Part shown: in pieces, positions 63,035-64,000 of the stretch
How the letters are laid out: each line of letters begins with the position of its first letter
Numbering within the stretch: the stretch's first letter is position 1
Assembly: GCA_030390025.1 (NCBI GenBank)
Contig: CM059432.1
Span: forward strand, 130,202,001-130,266,000
Source: Squalus acanthias
Taxonomy: Eukaryota
Reading direction: 5' to 3'
DNA length: 64,000 bases
Made by a program: the position numbers and the translations under genes
Notes under the pieces: generated by a model
What the model was told of the DNA's origin: nothing
Seen by the model: only the letters and a program-made list of their open reading frames with translations
The model's database searches: none

Positions 63035-64000
63035 GGATCTGGTAAGAGGGAGGAGCTGAGGGAAATCCTTATCAGTCGGGAAAAGGTGTTGGGGAAATTG
63101 ATGGGACTGAAGGCTGATAAATCCCCAGGGCCTGATGGTCTGCATCCCAGAGTACTTAAGGAGGTGGCCTTGGAAATAGTGGATGCATTGACGATCATTT
63201 TCCAACATTCCTTAGACTCTGGATCAGTTCCGAAGGAGTGGAGGGTGGCTAATGTAACCCCTCTTTTTAAAAAAGGAGGGAGGGAGAAAGCAGGGAATTA
63301 TAGACCGGTCAGCCTGACATCGGTGGTGGGTAAAATGATGGAATCAATTATTAAAGATGTCATAACAGACCATTTGGAAAGTGGCGACATGATAGGTCCA
63401 AGTCAGCATGGATTTGTGATAGGGAAATCATGCTTGACAAATCTTCTGGAATTTTTTGAGGATGTTTCCAATAGGGTGGACGGGGCGGAACCAGTAGATG
63501 TGGTGTATTTGGACTTTCAGAAGGCCTTCGACAAGGTCCCACACAAGAGATTGGTGTGCAAAGTTAAAGCACATGGGATTGGGGGTAATGTGTTGACGTG
63601 GATTGAGAACTGGTTGGCACACAGGAAACAAAGAGTAGGAGTAAATGGGTACTTTTCAGAATGGCAGGCAGTGACCAGCGGGGTACCGCAGGGTTCGGTG
63701 CTGGGGCCCCAGCTGTTTACATTATATATTAATGATTTGGACGAAGGGATTAATTGTAATATATCCAAATTTGCGGATGACACTAAATTGGAAGGCAGTG
63801 TGAACAATGAGGAGGATGCTAGGAGGCTACAGAGTGACTTGGACAGGTTGGGTGAATGGGCAAATGTATGGCAGATGAAGTACAATGTGGATAAATGTGA
63901 GGTTATCCACTTTGGTGGTAAAAATAGGGAGGCAGACTATTACCTGAATGGTGGCAGATTAGGGAAAGGGGAGGTGCAACGAGACCTGGGCGTCATGGTA
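63035..64000 (+). mobile_element. Young CR1 RT region running off the window end
   Basis: KSPGPDGLHPRVLKE, NYRPVSLTS, YLDFQKAFDKVPH, SGVPQGSVLGP, FADDTK. Confidence 0.96.

Overview
Eukaryotic, almost entirely transposon-derived DNA. The repeat set (DeuSINEs resembling SacSINE1/AmnSINE1, LF-SINE-like remnants, CR1 and L2 LINEs, Penelope-like elements, PIF/Harbinger elements and MITEs) points to a cartilaginous fish (inference). No host protein-coding gene, rRNA, bona fide tRNA gene or CRISPR array can be supported; only a few speculative short exons. Main items: (1) a near-intact full-length Penelope element (296-3635, RT plus GIY-YIG, two pseudo-LTRs, 11-bp TSD) inserted in a Harbinger Myb/SANT gene; (2) eight minimal hammerhead-ribozyme motifs from two Penelope families with covarying stems; (3) a small insertion at 15696-15980 made of two inverted hammerhead-bearing pLTRs around a 73-bp copy of the neighbouring SINE; (4) a 3.2-kb Harbinger element that keeps a nearly intact three-exon Myb gene but has lost most of its transposase, plus related MITEs; (5) a LINE whose 5' end is a tRNA-like head; (6) a polarised 30-31 bp minisatellite. 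All alignments were made by eye and family names need confirming against Dfam/Repbase.
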